A stretch of DNA of 60,283 nucleotides from Nitrospirota bacterium. GTDB taxonomy: Bacteria > Nitrospirota > UBA9217. Positions 1 to 10,316 of the stretch are shown here, piece by piece. Under the pieces are notes generated by a model, which saw nothing but the letters and a program-made list of their open reading frames with translations, was not told where the DNA came from and searched no databases. Made by a program: the position numbers and the translations under genes. Positions within the stretch are counted from its first letter, which is position 1; every line of letters begins with the position of its first letter. Location: positions 1-60,283 of the forward strand of contig JAOUEV010000014.1 in assembly GCA_029858565.1 (NCBI GenBank), given 5' to 3'.

Positions 1-1
1 G

Positions 2-1792
2 GCGCCCAATGCCGACCATGTTTCCGTGCTCGGGGATTTCAACAGTTGGAACAACCACTCCCATCCCCTGGCCCGTCGCTGGGACGGCACCGGTATCTGG
101 GAGGGTTTTGTCCCCGGCATAGGCAATGGATCGTTGTATAAGTACCATGTCATCGGCCGCCACGGCAGCTACCGCATGGACAAGGGCGATCCTTATGCCT
201 TTGCCTGGGAACTGGCCCATCGCACCGGGTCCGCGTCGGTGGTCTGGGACCTGGCCTACCAGTGGCAGGACAGCGAATGGATGAAGAACCGCCATCGCGC
301 GAACGCCCTTGACGCGCCTATGTCCGTGTACGAACTGCACATGGGTTCCTGGAGGCGGGTGCCAGAGGACGGGAACCGTTCACTCAACTACCGGGAGATG
401 GCCGACTGGCTGCCGGCCTATCTTCGGGATACGGGTTTTACCCATGTGGAGTTCATGCCGGTCATGGAACATCCATTTTACGGCTCCTGGGGCTACCAGG
501 TTACCGGTTATTTCGCGCCCACGAGCCGCTACGGCACGCCGCAGGACTTCATGTACCTCCTGGACCGGCTGCACCAGGAGGGGGTCGGCGTGATCATGGA
601 CTGGGTGCCTTCCCATTTCCCCAGCGACGAGCACGGATTGGTCTATTTTGACGGCACCCACCTTTACGAACACGCGGACCCGCGCAAGGGATTCCATCCT
701 GAATGGGGCAGCTGTATCTTCAATTACGGCAGGCACGAGGTGCGGTCGTTCCTCCTGAGCAGCGCGTTGTTCTGGCTCGACCTCTATCATGCCGACGGCC
801 TCAGGATCGATGCCGTTGCCTCCATGCTCTATCTGGATTACGCCCGGAAGGACGGGGACTGGATCCCCAATGAGTTCGGCGGCAAGGAGAACCTTGAGGC
901 CATCCAGTTCCTGCGCAAGATGAACGAGGAGGTCTACCGGGCCTATCCTGATGTGCAGACCATTGCCGAGGAATCAACGGACTGGCCCATGGTCTCCCGT
1001 CCGGTGCATGTGGGCGGCCTGGGCTTCGGCCTGAAGTGGAACATGGGCTGGATGCACGACACCCTGTTCTATATGTCCCGGGAACCCATCTATCGCAAAT
1101 ACCACCAGAACCAGCTCACCTTCAGCATCTGGTACGCCTTTACCGAGAACTTCATGCTCTCGATCTCCCATGACGAGGTGGTGTACGGCAAGGGATCGCT
1201 GATCAACAAGATGCCCGGCGACGACTGGCAGAAATTCGCCAACCTCAGGCTCCTTATGGGATATCTTTACGCGCATCCCGGTAAAAAGCTGCTGTTCATG
1301 GGATCGGAGTTCGGACAATGGGCGGAATGGAACCATGATTCCAGCCTCAATTGGGACCTCTTTTCCCAGCCGCTCAACCGAAGCGCCTGGCGCTGGTTCC
1401 AGGACCTGAACGCGCTGTACAAGAAGGAAGGTGCCCTGTTCGAGTATGATTTCGATCATCGTGGATTCGAATGGATCGACTGCGGGGACTGGGAATCAAG
1501 CGTCCTGTCATTCATCAGGAAAGGCAGATCGCCTGAGGGCACGCTGCTCGTGGCCTGCAATTTCACGCCTGTACCGCGCCACAACTACCGTATCGGCGCG
1601 CCTGTCGGAGGTTTCTGGAAAGAGCTGCTGAACAGCGATGCACTGGAATACGGCGGAAGCGGCATGGGCAACCTGGGCGGCGTGCATGCAGATGACGTGC
1701 CGTGCCACGGACGGCAGCATTCGGTCGTGATCACCATGCCGCCGCTCAGTATGGTCATCTTCAAAGTTTGGAGCGATCAATGCAGGATGTGA
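2..1792 (+). CDS. glgB: 1,4-alpha-glucan branching enzyme (5'-truncated by window edge)
   Basis: Frame is open from base 2 (APNADHVSVLGDFNSW); GH13 motifs YELHMGSW, DWVPSHFP, GLRIDAVASMLY, IAEEST, SHDEVV. Confidence 0.97.
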   Translation, partial: APNADHVSVLGDFNSWNNHSHPLARRWDGTGIWEGFVPGIGNGSLYKYHVIGRHGSYRMDKGDPYAFAWELAHRTGSASVVWDLAYQWQDSEWMKNRHRANALDAPMSVYELHMGSWRRVPEDGNRSLNYREMADWLPAYLRDTGFTHVEFMPVMEHPFYGSWGYQVTGYFAPTSRYGTPQDFMYLLDRLHQEGVGVIMDWVPSHFPSDEHGLVYFDGTHLYEHADPRKGFHPEWGSCIFNYGRHEVRSFLLSSALFWLDLYHADGLRIDAVASMLYLDYARKDGDWIPNEFGGKENLEAIQFLRKMNEEVYRAYPDVQTIAEESTDWPMVSRPVHVGGLGFGLKWNMGWMHDTLFYMSREPIYRKYHQNQLTFSIWYAFTENFMLSISHDEVVYGKGSLINKMPGDDWQKFANLRLLMGYLYAHPGKKLLFMGSEFGQWAEWNHDSSLNWDLFSQPLNRSAWRWFQDLNALYKKEGALFEYDFDHRGFEWIDCGDWESSVLSFIRKGRSPEGTLLVACNFTPVPRHNYRIGAPVGGFWKELLNSDALEYGGSGMGNLGGVHADDVPCHGRQHSVVITMPPLSMVIFKVWSDQCRM

Positions 1793-2829
1793 TGCATAAG
1801 CTGTTGATACCCGCCGCGACCGGTCTCGGGACAGCCGGTGTACTGTTCGTGGTGCGCGGTATCGCGATGCGGCTGCTGCGCAAATGGGCGGACCGCACCG
1901 AGACCATGCTGGACGACATGATCATCGCCGCGATCAAGACACCTTCGGTATTTTGGTGCATCACCGTGGGCATGGGCGTGGGCATATCGGTTTCCGATCT
2001 CCATGCGAAGTACGTTCAGTCCGTCAGCGTGGCAATCCATGTGCTGATCATATTCTCCATCACCATTGCGGCGGCCAATCTTGCCGGACAGCTGCTGACC
2101 CACTATATCAGGCAGACAGACCTGCCGTTCAAGAACACGGGACTGGTCTACGGCATCCTGAACGGCCTGATCTACGTCCTGGGAATTCTGATCATCCTGT
2201 CGGTCCTCGGCATATCGATCGCCCCGCTGATCACCGCGCTGGGCGTGGGAGGCCTTGCGGTCGCTCTCGCGCTCCAGGACACGCTGGCAAACCTGTTCTC
2301 GGGGCTGCATATCCTGCTCGAAAAATCCATTCGCGTGAACGACTTTGTGAAGCTTGAGAACGGCCAGGAGGGGACGATCATCGATATCACCTGGCGCACG
2401 ACCAGGATCAGGCTCCAGCCCAACATCGTGGTGGTCATACCGAACAGCAAACTTGCCCAGAGCGTGGTGATCAACTACTCGCTGCCCGAGGACCGTACCG
2501 CGATCGCCGTACAGGTCGGAGTCGATTATTCGTCCGATCTGGACCATGTGGAATCGGTTCTGCTGGATGAGGTTCAAAAGGCGACTGCTGAAGTGGCCGG
2601 AATGCTGACGGAACCTCAGCCGCTGGTCAGGCTCGACCCGGGTTTCGGCGAAAGCTCGCTTGATTTCACGGTTATCTGCTCGATCAGGGATTACGCTGAA
2701 CGGCCGCAAATGCAGCATGAACTGAGGAAGAGGATCTTCAAACGGTTCAAGAAAGAAAATATCGTTATTCCTTTTCCTCATCGTACGATCGTCATGCAAC
2801 ATGCTGAGAAGGAACGAACAGAAGCTTGA
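1780..2829 (+). CDS. mscS: Small-conductance mechanosensitive channel (MscS family)
   Basis: TM helices, LGVGGLAVALALQDTLANLFSG, ITWRTT, IPNS, IPFP motifs; ATG 1780 follows GGAG and overlaps the glgB stop. Confidence 0.9.
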   Translation: MQDVMHKLLIPAATGLGTAGVLFVVRGIAMRLLRKWADRTETMLDDMIIAAIKTPSVFWCITVGMGVGISVSDLHAKYVQSVSVAIHVLIIFSITIAAANLAGQLLTHYIRQTDLPFKNTGLVYGILNGLIYVLGILIILSVLGISIAPLITALGVGGLAVALALQDTLANLFSGLHILLEKSIRVNDFVKLENGQEGTIIDITWRTTRIRLQPNIVVVIPNSKLAQSVVINYSLPEDRTAIAVQVGVDYSSDLDHVESVLLDEVQKATAEVAGMLTEPQPLVRLDPGFGESSLDFTVICSIRDYAERPQMQHELRKRIFKRFKKENIVIPFPHRTIVMQHAEKERTEA

Positions 2830-2960
2830 AGAACTTCTTCGTGTATATTTAAATAAAGTAGAAATAACAACTGGATACATGGTAATACCGAAATAAAAGA
2901 TCTAATGCATTTCGCGATCCGCTGCCTTATGTCCTTCTGAGCACATTGCTCAAGACCTCC

Positions 2961-5489
2961 ATGAACCAGAGATCATTCTATCCCATTGATACGGTCATTC
3001 CCCGGCTGAAGGAAGCCCTTCAGAGTCATCATTCAGCTGTCCTTCATGCTCCTCCCGGGGCCGGCAAAACAACGCGGGTCCCGCTGGAACTTCTCAATCT
3101 GCTGCCTCCCGGAGAAAAGATCGTGATGCTCGAGCCCCGCAGGATCGCGGCCGTGTCCGCCGCCCGGTGGATGGCCCGGTGCCTTGGAGAAGAAGCAGGA
3201 CAGACCGTAGGGTATGCCATACGTTTCGACACGAAGATATCGGAGCGGACGCGGATCGAGGTCGTGACAGAGGGCGTGCTGACCAGGCGCGTACAGGCTG
3301 ATCCCGGTCTTGAGGGCACGTCGCTTGTGATCTTCGACGAGTTCCATGAACGGAGCCTGCACGCTGATCTGGCCCTGACGCTCTGCCTGGACATCAGAAA
3401 ACAGCTGCGCAGCGATCTCAAGGTCCTGGTCATGTCCGCAACGCTGGAGACCGGACCGCTGGCAGCGCTTCTGGGAGACGCGCCGGTAATATCGTCTTCG
3501 GGCAGGACGTACCCGGTTGAAGAACGGTATCTCGGCGGGCTCCAGGGACCGCTTGCGGAAAAGGTCTCAACAGCGGTCAGGACAGCGATCCGTGAAACGT
3601 CAGGTGATATTCTGGTATTTCTGCCCGGCGCCGGCGAGATCCGCGCCTGTGCTCATGAGCTGAAGCCTCTGGCGGCAGACCAGGACAGCGGCTTGTCGCT
3701 CCATCCGCTCTTCGGCGACCTGCCTTTCGAGGACCAGGAGCGGGCCATCCTGCCATCGCGGGACCGCCGGAAGATCGTGCTCGCGACCAATATCGCGGAA
3801 ACGAGCCTGACGATCGAGGGCGTGCATGTGGTGATCGACAGCGGACTGACCCGGGTCCTGCGCTACGACCCGGCCAGCGGCATGAACCGGCTGATGACCG
3901 TTCCTGCGTCGCGGTCGTCCGCTGAGCAGCGAAAGGGAAGGGCAGGCAGGCTCGGCCCGGGCGTGTGCTACCGGCTCTATGAAAAGATCGCGTTCCAGAG
4001 CATGCCGGAGCATTCCCACCCCGAGATCATGACCTCGGACCTCTCTTCGCTTGTGCTGGAACTCGGCGTTTGGGGAGTTCATGACCCCGGTCAGCTTGCC
4101 TGGCTCACTTCGCCGCCCGAGGAGGCCTGGTCGGCCGGCACGGGTTTGCTCAAGGCGCTCGGCGCTCTTGATGACAACGGACTGGTCACCGGAACAGGCC
4201 GGGAAATGGTCCGCCTGCCGCTGCATCCCCGCCTGGCGAGAATGCTGCTGCGCTCGAAAGAACTGGGCAGCCCGCGGCTCGGATCGGACCTTGCCGCCTT
4301 GCTGACCGAGCGGGATATATTTCGCCATTCCGGTGAGGGAACCGCCATAGATGACCCGGACGTGTCCGAGCGCATTGACAAGCTCCGTCTCTGGCGGCGG
4401 GAGAAGATGGCGGGACGGGCCGATCCTTCAGCCCTGCGTTCCGTGGAACGGACAGCGAAACAGCTCCTGGTGATCCTGGCGGCAGGCAAGGATTCACCTG
4501 ATGGTGACGAGGACCAGGACCTCATATCACGGTTACTGCTGGCGGCGTTCCCTGACCGTATCTGCAGGCGCAGGGAGGATGGAGGCAGGGTGTTCGTCCA
4601 TGCCCAGGGCCGGGGCGTGCGGTTCAAGTCCGCGACCGGCCTTATGAACAGCCCCTACATCATCGCGGTGGCGGCAGATGCCGGAGATAAGGCGGAAGGA
4701 TACATCCATCTCGCAGCTCCCGTGTCCGAAGAGGTGATACGTTCGGAATGCGGGAGGACCATTTTGACCCGGAGAAAAGTGGAGTGGGACCGCAAGGACG
4801 GCAGGATCATTGCCGCGGTCGAGGAGCGGATCGGCTCTTTGCTGCTCTCGTCGCGTCAGTTCAGCGCGACCGATGAGGAGGCCGCGCCGCTGCTGCTTGA
4901 GGCGGTCCGTTCGGACGCGGCGATCCTGAACTTCAGCGCAGGAACGCGGCAGCTCCAGGGAAGGGCTGCGATGCTGCGGAAGGCATTTCCCGAAGGGTCC
5001 TGGCCCGACCTGTCCGATGGACAGCTCCGGGCAACGCCGGAACAGTGGCTGCTTCCCTGGCTGGCCGGCATGCGCACCGTAAACGACCTTCGAAAGATCG
5101 ATCTGGCCGCGGCACTGAGGTCGCTGTTGAGCCGGGAGCAGGTCCGGATGCTGGATGAACTGGCTCCGCTCCAGGTGACCGTTCCCAGCGGCAGCAGGAT
5201 CGCACTGGACTATACGTCCGGCGATATTCCGGTGCTGGCGGTCAAACTGCAGGAGATGTTCGGGCTTGCGGACACGCCGGTGGTCGCACGGGGAAGGGTG
5301 AAGGTCCTGCTGCACCTGCTGTCGCCGGCGCGAAGGCCCGTTCAGATCACCCATGACCTGAAGGGGTTCTGGAACAGCGCGTATCTGGAGGTGAGAAAAG
5401 ACCTGAAGGGACGGTATCCCAAGCATCCCTGGCCGGATGATCCCTGGAATGCCGCGCCTACAAAGAGAACGAACCGCCGCAAGGATTGA
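2961..5489 (+). CDS. hrpB: ATP-dependent RNA helicase HrpB
   Basis: APPGAGKTT, DEFHER, MSAT, QRKGRAGR, and the HrpB C-terminal GRYPKHPWPDDP; alternative start at 2946. Confidence 0.95.
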   Translation: MNQRSFYPIDTVIPRLKEALQSHHSAVLHAPPGAGKTTRVPLELLNLLPPGEKIVMLEPRRIAAVSAARWMARCLGEEAGQTVGYAIRFDTKISERTRIEVVTEGVLTRRVQADPGLEGTSLVIFDEFHERSLHADLALTLCLDIRKQLRSDLKVLVMSATLETGPLAALLGDAPVISSSGRTYPVEERYLGGLQGPLAEKVSTAVRTAIRETSGDILVFLPGAGEIRACAHELKPLAADQDSGLSLHPLFGDLPFEDQERAILPSRDRRKIVLATNIAETSLTIEGVHVVIDSGLTRVLRYDPASGMNRLMTVPASRSSAEQRKGRAGRLGPGVCYRLYEKIAFQSMPEHSHPEIMTSDLSSLVLELGVWGVHDPGQLAWLTSPPEEAWSAGTGLLKALGALDDNGLVTGTGREMVRLPLHPRLARMLLRSKELGSPRLGSDLAALLTERDIFRHSGEGTAIDDPDVSERIDKLRLWRREKMAGRADPSALRSVERTAKQLLVILAAGKDSPDGDEDQDLISRLLLAAFPDRICRRREDGGRVFVHAQGRGVRFKSATGLMNSPYIIAVAADAGDKAEGYIHLAAPVSEEVIRSECGRTILTRRKVEWDRKDGRIIAAVEERIGSLLLSSRQFSATDEEAAPLLLEAVRSDAAILNFSAGTRQLQGRAAMLRKAFPEGSWPDLSDGQLRATPEQWLLPWLAGMRTVNDLRKIDLAAALRSLLSREQVRMLDELAPLQVTVPSGSRIALDYTSGDIPVLAVKLQEMFGLADTPVVARGRVKVLLHLLSPARRPVQITHDLKGFWNSAYLEVRKDLKGRYPKHPWPDDPWNAAPTKRTNRRKD

Positions 5490-5532
5490 TAGGAAGACCT
5501 CGGAAAAAGAACTTCGGGCGCGATGACAGCAG

Positions 5533-6255
5533 TCAGGCCACGAGAGCGTCCCGATCTGTCGGGCCGTGCACGGAAGCGCTCCGTTCCTTGTGAACAAAGG
5601 ATTCGATGGCGTTCTTTGAGGCATCGGAAATGGTCAGGAACCGGATCCCGTACTGATTCCCTGAATTAGCCGACTCCTGCTTTACGACCCGGGCAACCTC
5701 GCCTTCGACGCTGATGCGGGTGCCGTCGGGAAGGTAAAAGGAGCAGGACATGCGGCTGTCTGCGGCAAGGATCTCTTTCGTATTGATCAGCATGCCGTGG
5801 GTGCTGATATTCTCTGATCTGCAGAGAAACGGTTTGTTGTTCCGGTATCCTTCGACGGTCATGTTGAGCACGACGCGGTAGGCCCTGCGGGGAGTGACGT
5901 CAAGGTACTCCCGTACCCTGCTGGCGAGGGTCGCGGTATTCGAGGTAAGCGCCATGAACGCGTTGGCTCCGCTTTTTTCGCACCGCTCGCGGCTCGACGG
6001 TGTGTTGTCGTGCATGACCAGGATCGACACCTTGCGCAGCGCTTCGTTCCGGCGTATCACGTGCTCCATGGTCTCGAAGGTCATGCCGTCCTGGTCGATC
6101 TTGGCGATGATCAGATCAGCCTGTTTGTTGAAGTGGGACCGGAGCATGTCATCGGAGGTCTCGACCGCGTCTACCTCAATGTCCGTCCTGTTCAGGAACT
6201 GCATCATGGTCAGGAACATGGGATGAAGTTCTTTGATGATAATGACCTTTTTCAT
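5533..6255 (-). CDS. Atypical receiver domain + PilZ domain protein
   Basis: N-terminal REC-like fold lacking the acidic pocket and phospho-Asp; C-terminal RRAYR (RxxxR) and NISTHG ([D/N]xSxxG) PilZ motifs. Confidence 0.8.
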   Translation of the reverse strand: MKKVIIIKELHPMFLTMMQFLNRTDIEVDAVETSDDMLRSHFNKQADLIIAKIDQDGMTFETMEHVIRRNEALRKVSILVMHDNTPSSRERCEKSGANAFMALTSNTATLASRVREYLDVTPRRAYRVVLNMTVEGYRNNKPFLCRSENISTHGMLINTKEILAADSRMSCSFYLPDGTRISVEGEVARVVKQESANSGNQYGIRFLTISDASKNAIESFVHKERSASVHGPTDRDALVA

Positions 6256-6530
6256 GGTTGAATCCCTCACGTTTGCCGCAGTTAGAACAATGAATATAGC
6301 TGTCCGGCCATTGCAACCAACTGCACCGGTATGCATCTTCTGCAGTTCCCGGATTCATTAGTGGATAGTATAGCATAGGGGACGGCGGGAAATTTGTTTT
6401 TGCCGATTTTCAGACGGGAGTCATCCGCTAAATCCGTCATGTCATATAGAGAAGCGCGTTCATCATATCCACCAGTAGAAACACGAGGCTACGGCCAGCC
6501 GCCGCAGCGCGCTGCGTAGTGGAATTACTC

Positions 6531-6560
6531 TTGACATCGGACCGCTCTTTATTGTAGATT
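6531..6560 (+). promoter_or_regulatory. Putative sigma70 promoter of the Ehr operon
   Basis: TTGACA (6531-6536), 18-nt spacer, TAGATT (6555-6560). Confidence 0.5.
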
Positions 6561-6646
6561 TTTCTTGCTCATGCCGGATATGGATTGACCGGATGCCCGC
6601 ACAGGTCGCCGGTCGTCGAACTTTGAAAATTGATGGCTCTTGATCA

Positions 6647-6683
6647 GCCCGTTGATCTTCTCCGGGCCTTTTTCGCGTTTTTT
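6647..6683 (+). terminator. Terminator-like hairpin in the 5' leader of the Ehr operon (possible attenuator)
   Basis: GCCCG...CGGGC stem followed by CTTTTTCGCGTTTTTT, just upstream of ATG 6690. Confidence 0.4.
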
Positions 6684-6689
6684 GAAAAC

Positions 6690-8681
6690 ATGGTCGTTCT
6701 GAATACATTTATCGCGGGTTCCGCATGCATCCTGTTCGGTGCAATCGCTTCCCTGACCCTTCTCTCGAAAGCGCGAAACTACAGCTATCTTTTTTCTTCG
6801 GTCGGTTCACTCCTTTTTCTCGCCGCAGGCGGTTATCTTCTCTATGCACCCGCATTCGCAGGCGCAGCAATTCCCGTAACCTCGAACTTCAGTTTCGGAT
6901 TTTCCTTTGATGCGCTCGCCGGTTTTTTCGTCGTTCTTATCTCGATTGTATCCCTTTTCCTGTCCTTTTACTCCGTTGGACTGACCCGCGGCATCAGGCA
7001 CGGCGGTTACCTGTCATTTTTCTACCATCTTCTGCTCCTAAGCATGTATGGCGTCGTCCTTTCCTCCAATATCGTCACCTTTCTGGTGTGCTGGGAGACA
7101 ATGGCAGTTGCATCCTATTTCCTTATCGTATTCGACAGGAACGCAGAGGCGGCAAAGGCAGGACTCTTTACGGTCGTGATGACCCATATCGGCACGGTCT
7201 TTATCATCGCGCTCTTCCTGGTGCTTGCCCGATTCACGGGAAGCATGGAATTCTCGGCGATGCGAAGCGCTGCCGCGTCCATCCCTTCGGGTGCCAGGAA
7301 CCTGATCTTCATCTTCGCGCTGATCGGTTTTGGCACCAAGGCAGGCATCATTCCGCTCCATACGTGGATCCCGCGCGCCTATCCCGTGGCTCCTTCGAAC
7401 GTCACTCCGCTCATGTCCGGAGTCATGATCAAGACCGCCGTGTACGGTTTCTTGCGCATATGTTTGGACGTGCTCGGACCGGGGCCGGAATGGTGGGGGA
7501 TCCTGGTCATAGCGGTCGGCGCCGCATCCGCTGTATTGGGGATCCTCTATGCGGTCATGGAGAGCGACCTCAAGGTCTTTTTGGCCTACTCCAGCGTCGA
7601 GAACGTGGGCATCATCCTCATGGGAATCGGCGCATCCATGACGTTCCGAAACAGCGCCATGCACCCGCTGGCAAGCTTTGCCCTTGCTGCTGCGCTGTTC
7701 CATGCGTTGAATCACGCACTGTTCAAGAGCCTGTTGTTCCAGGGGGCCGGTTCCGTCGTCCATGCGGCGGGTACACGGAACATGGAACAGCTGGGCGGAT
7801 TGCTCAAGAACATGCCCTGGACAGGCGCGCTGTTCCTTGCGGGCACCCTGGCCATTACGGCGCTCCCCCCCCTGAACGGATTCGTGAGCGAATGGCTCAC
7901 CTATCAGGCGCTGCTGCTCGGGTTCAAATCCTCTTCGGTCGTGGTCAAGATCGTTTCACCGCTGGGAGGGGCTGCGCTGGCGCTCACCGGCGCGATCGTT
8001 GCCGCCGGTTTTGTCAAGACGTTCGCGACGACCTTTCTCGGCATGCCGAGGAGCGAACACGCGATCGACGCACGGGAGTCGTCGCCATGGATGATCGCCA
8101 GCATGTCGCTGCTCGCGTTCCTGTGCCTGATCTTCGGAGTATTTCCCGGAATTCCTCTCATGCTGGTCTCACCGGCTGTCTTTTCCATAACCGGATCGTC
8201 CCTCGACCTGGACCTGCACGGCAGCATGGTGACGCCTCAAGCGACAGCTTCGCTGTCGACGACAGCGCTGGCATTGAGTTTGGTGCTGATAGCACTGGCA
8301 GCGATCCTGTTCGTGAGGCTGGCGGGAGGACGCAGAAGAACGGTCATTGCCGATTCCTGGGACTGCGGCATTCCGGCGCTTAACTCGCACATGCAGTACA
8401 CTGCGGCGGCCTTCACCAAGCCGCTCAGGATCATCTATAAGCGTATCTATCTTCCCAACCGAGAGCTGAAGGTTTCCTACATAGTTAAACCTTTTTTTGT
8501 GCGTTCTATCACCTACGGCGGCGAGATCACACCGTTCTTTGAGCGATATGTGTATGAGCCTGTCATGCGCGGAATGCACACTGCGGCGACAAAGATCAAA
8601 CTGCTCCAGTCAGGAAGCCTGCAGCTGTATCTGGGATACATACTGATCACACTGATCGCGCTGCTGATCTTCGGGACCTAG
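6690..8681 (+). CDS. hyfB: Ehr/hydrogenase-4 membrane subunit B (NuoL/MrpA-like antiporter subunit), module 1
   Basis: Multi-TM; FLVCWE, GTKAGIIPLH, LAYSSVEN, NHALFKSLLF, PPLNGFVSEW, WDCG, LQSGSLQLY. Confidence 0.9.
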   Translation: MVVLNTFIAGSACILFGAIASLTLLSKARNYSYLFSSVGSLLFLAAGGYLLYAPAFAGAAIPVTSNFSFGFSFDALAGFFVVLISIVSLFLSFYSVGLTRGIRHGGYLSFFYHLLLLSMYGVVLSSNIVTFLVCWETMAVASYFLIVFDRNAEAAKAGLFTVVMTHIGTVFIIALFLVLARFTGSMEFSAMRSAAASIPSGARNLIFIFALIGFGTKAGIIPLHTWIPRAYPVAPSNVTPLMSGVMIKTAVYGFLRICLDVLGPGPEWWGILVIAVGAASAVLGILYAVMESDLKVFLAYSSVENVGIILMGIGASMTFRNSAMHPLASFALAAALFHALNHALFKSLLFQGAGSVVHAAGTRNMEQLGGLLKNMPWTGALFLAGTLAITALPPLNGFVSEWLTYQALLLGFKSSSVVVKIVSPLGGAALALTGAIVAAGFVKTFATTFLGMPRSEHAIDARESSPWMIASMSLLAFLCLIFGVFPGIPLMLVSPAVFSITGSSLDLDLHGSMVTPQATASLSTTALALSLVLIALAAILFVRLAGGRRRTVIADSWDCGIPALNSHMQYTAAAFTKPLRIIYKRIYLPNRELKVSYIVKPFFVRSITYGGEITPFFERYVYEPVMRGMHTAATKIKLLQSGSLQLYLGYILITLIALLIFGT

Positions 8682-8706
8682 GGAACGACAAAACACCGAC
8701 AACGCC

Positions 8707-9624
8707 ATGGAATATTTGCAGTTATTTATAATCATCTTGTTCTCTCCGCTGGTGAATGGAGTGATCAAGAAAGTGAAAGCGAACATGCAGGGCAGGACCG
8801 GGCCCGGCGTGCTGCAGCCCTATTATGACCTCTTACGCCTTCTGCGCAAGGACATGGTCATTTCACGCGTGACATCATGGATATTCTCGGTCACGCCCTA
8901 TGTCGTTTTCGCGTCCGTTACCGCCGCGGCGCTGTTCGTTCCCGTACTGACGACAAGGACCGCATTCGGCGTGAAAGGCGATGTCATCGCGCTGATCTAT
9001 GTGTTCGCGCTCGGCCGGTTCTTCCTGGCCCTTGCCGGACTTGACGCGGGCACAGCGTTCGGAGGCGAGGGGAGCAGCAGGGAAATGACCGTGGCGATCC
9101 TTGTGGAACCCATGATGATGCTCGCGCTGTTCACCGCGGCCATTACCGCGGGCTCGACGAACATCGCGAGCATATCCGGCGCACATCGAGCCTTGTCCTC
9201 GCCGTCGCACCTGCTGGCGCTGTCGGCGCTGGTGATCGCCATCATCGCAGAGACCGGACGGGTCCCGGTGGATAATCCCGACACCCATCTCGAGCTCACC
9301 ATGATCCATGAGGGCATGATCCTCGAATATTCCGGCAGGTACCTCGCGCTCATGGAGTGGGCACATTACATAAAGCAGATGATCCTGTTCACCGTGGTCG
9401 TGGACATCTTTGTTCCCGTGGGCATTGCGCAGACAGCAGGGTTCTCCGGCATGACGGTGCCTGCAGTGTCCTATGCGGTGAAAATGACCGTTCTGGCAGT
9501 TCTCATGGCAGCAGTTGAATCCACGCGCGCGAAGGTCCGATTCTTTCAGCTTCCTTCGATCCTGGGAGGGGCATTCGTGCTCGCGTTCCTCGCGCTGGTA
9601 ACCCATATCATGATGGGCAAATGA
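8707..9624 (+). CDS. hyfC: Ehr/hydrogenase-4 subunit C (NuoH/HycD-like), module 1
   Basis: QGRTGP..LQPYYDL, GSSRE, AETGRVPVDNPDTHLELTMIHEGMILEYSG. Confidence 0.9.
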   Translation: MEYLQLFIIILFSPLVNGVIKKVKANMQGRTGPGVLQPYYDLLRLLRKDMVISRVTSWIFSVTPYVVFASVTAAALFVPVLTTRTAFGVKGDVIALIYVFALGRFFLALAGLDAGTAFGGEGSSREMTVAILVEPMMMLALFTAAITAGSTNIASISGAHRALSSPSHLLALSALVIAIIAETGRVPVDNPDTHLELTMIHEGMILEYSGRYLALMEWAHYIKQMILFTVVVDIFVPVGIAQTAGFSGMTVPAVSYAVKMTVLAVLMAAVESTRAKVRFFQLPSILGGAFVLAFLALVTHIMMGK

Positions 9625-9652
9625 GCTGACGTACGCCAAGAGGTGCACTGTT

Positions 9653-10312
9653 TTGAAACACTGGCTTGAGACCTACTCCATAATCGATTTCATCTCTGTC
9701 GGGATCCTTTTGACCGCCGTCACGTTGAACGCATTCAAGAGCATCGAATCCTATGTCAAGGCCTATACGATCAACTCCTGGCTTCTGGCGGGATTGATCG
9801 CCGTGGTCGGGGTTCTGGTAAATGAATCCCATCTGTACATGGCCGCGGTGCTCACGGTCCTGACCAAGGGCGTTCTGATCCCGATCATCATCTGGCGCAT
9901 CATTCGCCGGATGCGCGTGGCCCATGAAGTGACGCCCTATATCAGCAATACACTGTCCCTGGCGATATCCGGCATCCTGGTAGCCGTTGTGTACGCTTCG
10001 CTCCAGGGAGGGATATTCGTGACGGGGTTCTCGCGCGACGCGCTCCAGATCTCCATCGCCGTGATCCTGATCAGCCTGTTCATCATGATCACACGAAAGA
10101 AGGCATTGACCATGGTCATGGGGCTGCTGTTCATGGAGAACGGACTGTTCCTTGCCGGGTTTTCCCTGACCTTCGGCATGCCGACGATCATCGAACTGGG
10201 CGTGCTCTTCGATATGCTGATGGGCGTGATCATCCTGGGGATCTTTGCAGTGCAGATCAAGCGGGTCTTCGCGTCCGCTGATCTAGACAAGCTCACGGTG
10301 TTAAAGGGGTAG
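9653..10312 (+). CDS. hyfE: Ehr/hydrogenase-4 subunit E, module 1
   Basis: Multi-TM; TKGVLIP, MENGLFL, GMPTIIELGVLFD; TTG start after GAGG. Confidence 0.88.
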   Translation: MKHWLETYSIIDFISVGILLTAVTLNAFKSIESYVKAYTINSWLLAGLIAVVGVLVNESHLYMAAVLTVLTKGVLIPIIIWRIIRRMRVAHEVTPYISNTLSLAISGILVAVVYASLQGGIFVTGFSRDALQISIAVILISLFIMITRKKALTMVMGLLFMENGLFLAGFSLTFGMPTIIELGVLFDMLMGVIILGIFAVQIKRVFASADLDKLTVLKG

Positions 10313-10316
10313 AACA

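Noticed and set aside
6575-6645. Canonical fluoride (crcB) riboswitch
   Set aside because: TGATGGCTCT resembles the 3' part, but I could not find the 5' GGCGATGGnGTTCGCC-type stem or the pseudoknot partner; kept only as an unassigned leader candidate.
7088-8383. 431-aa alternative-frame ORF inside hyfB
   Set aside because: Arg/Gly/His-rich off-frame translation of a hydrophobic GC-rich gene, with no motifs.
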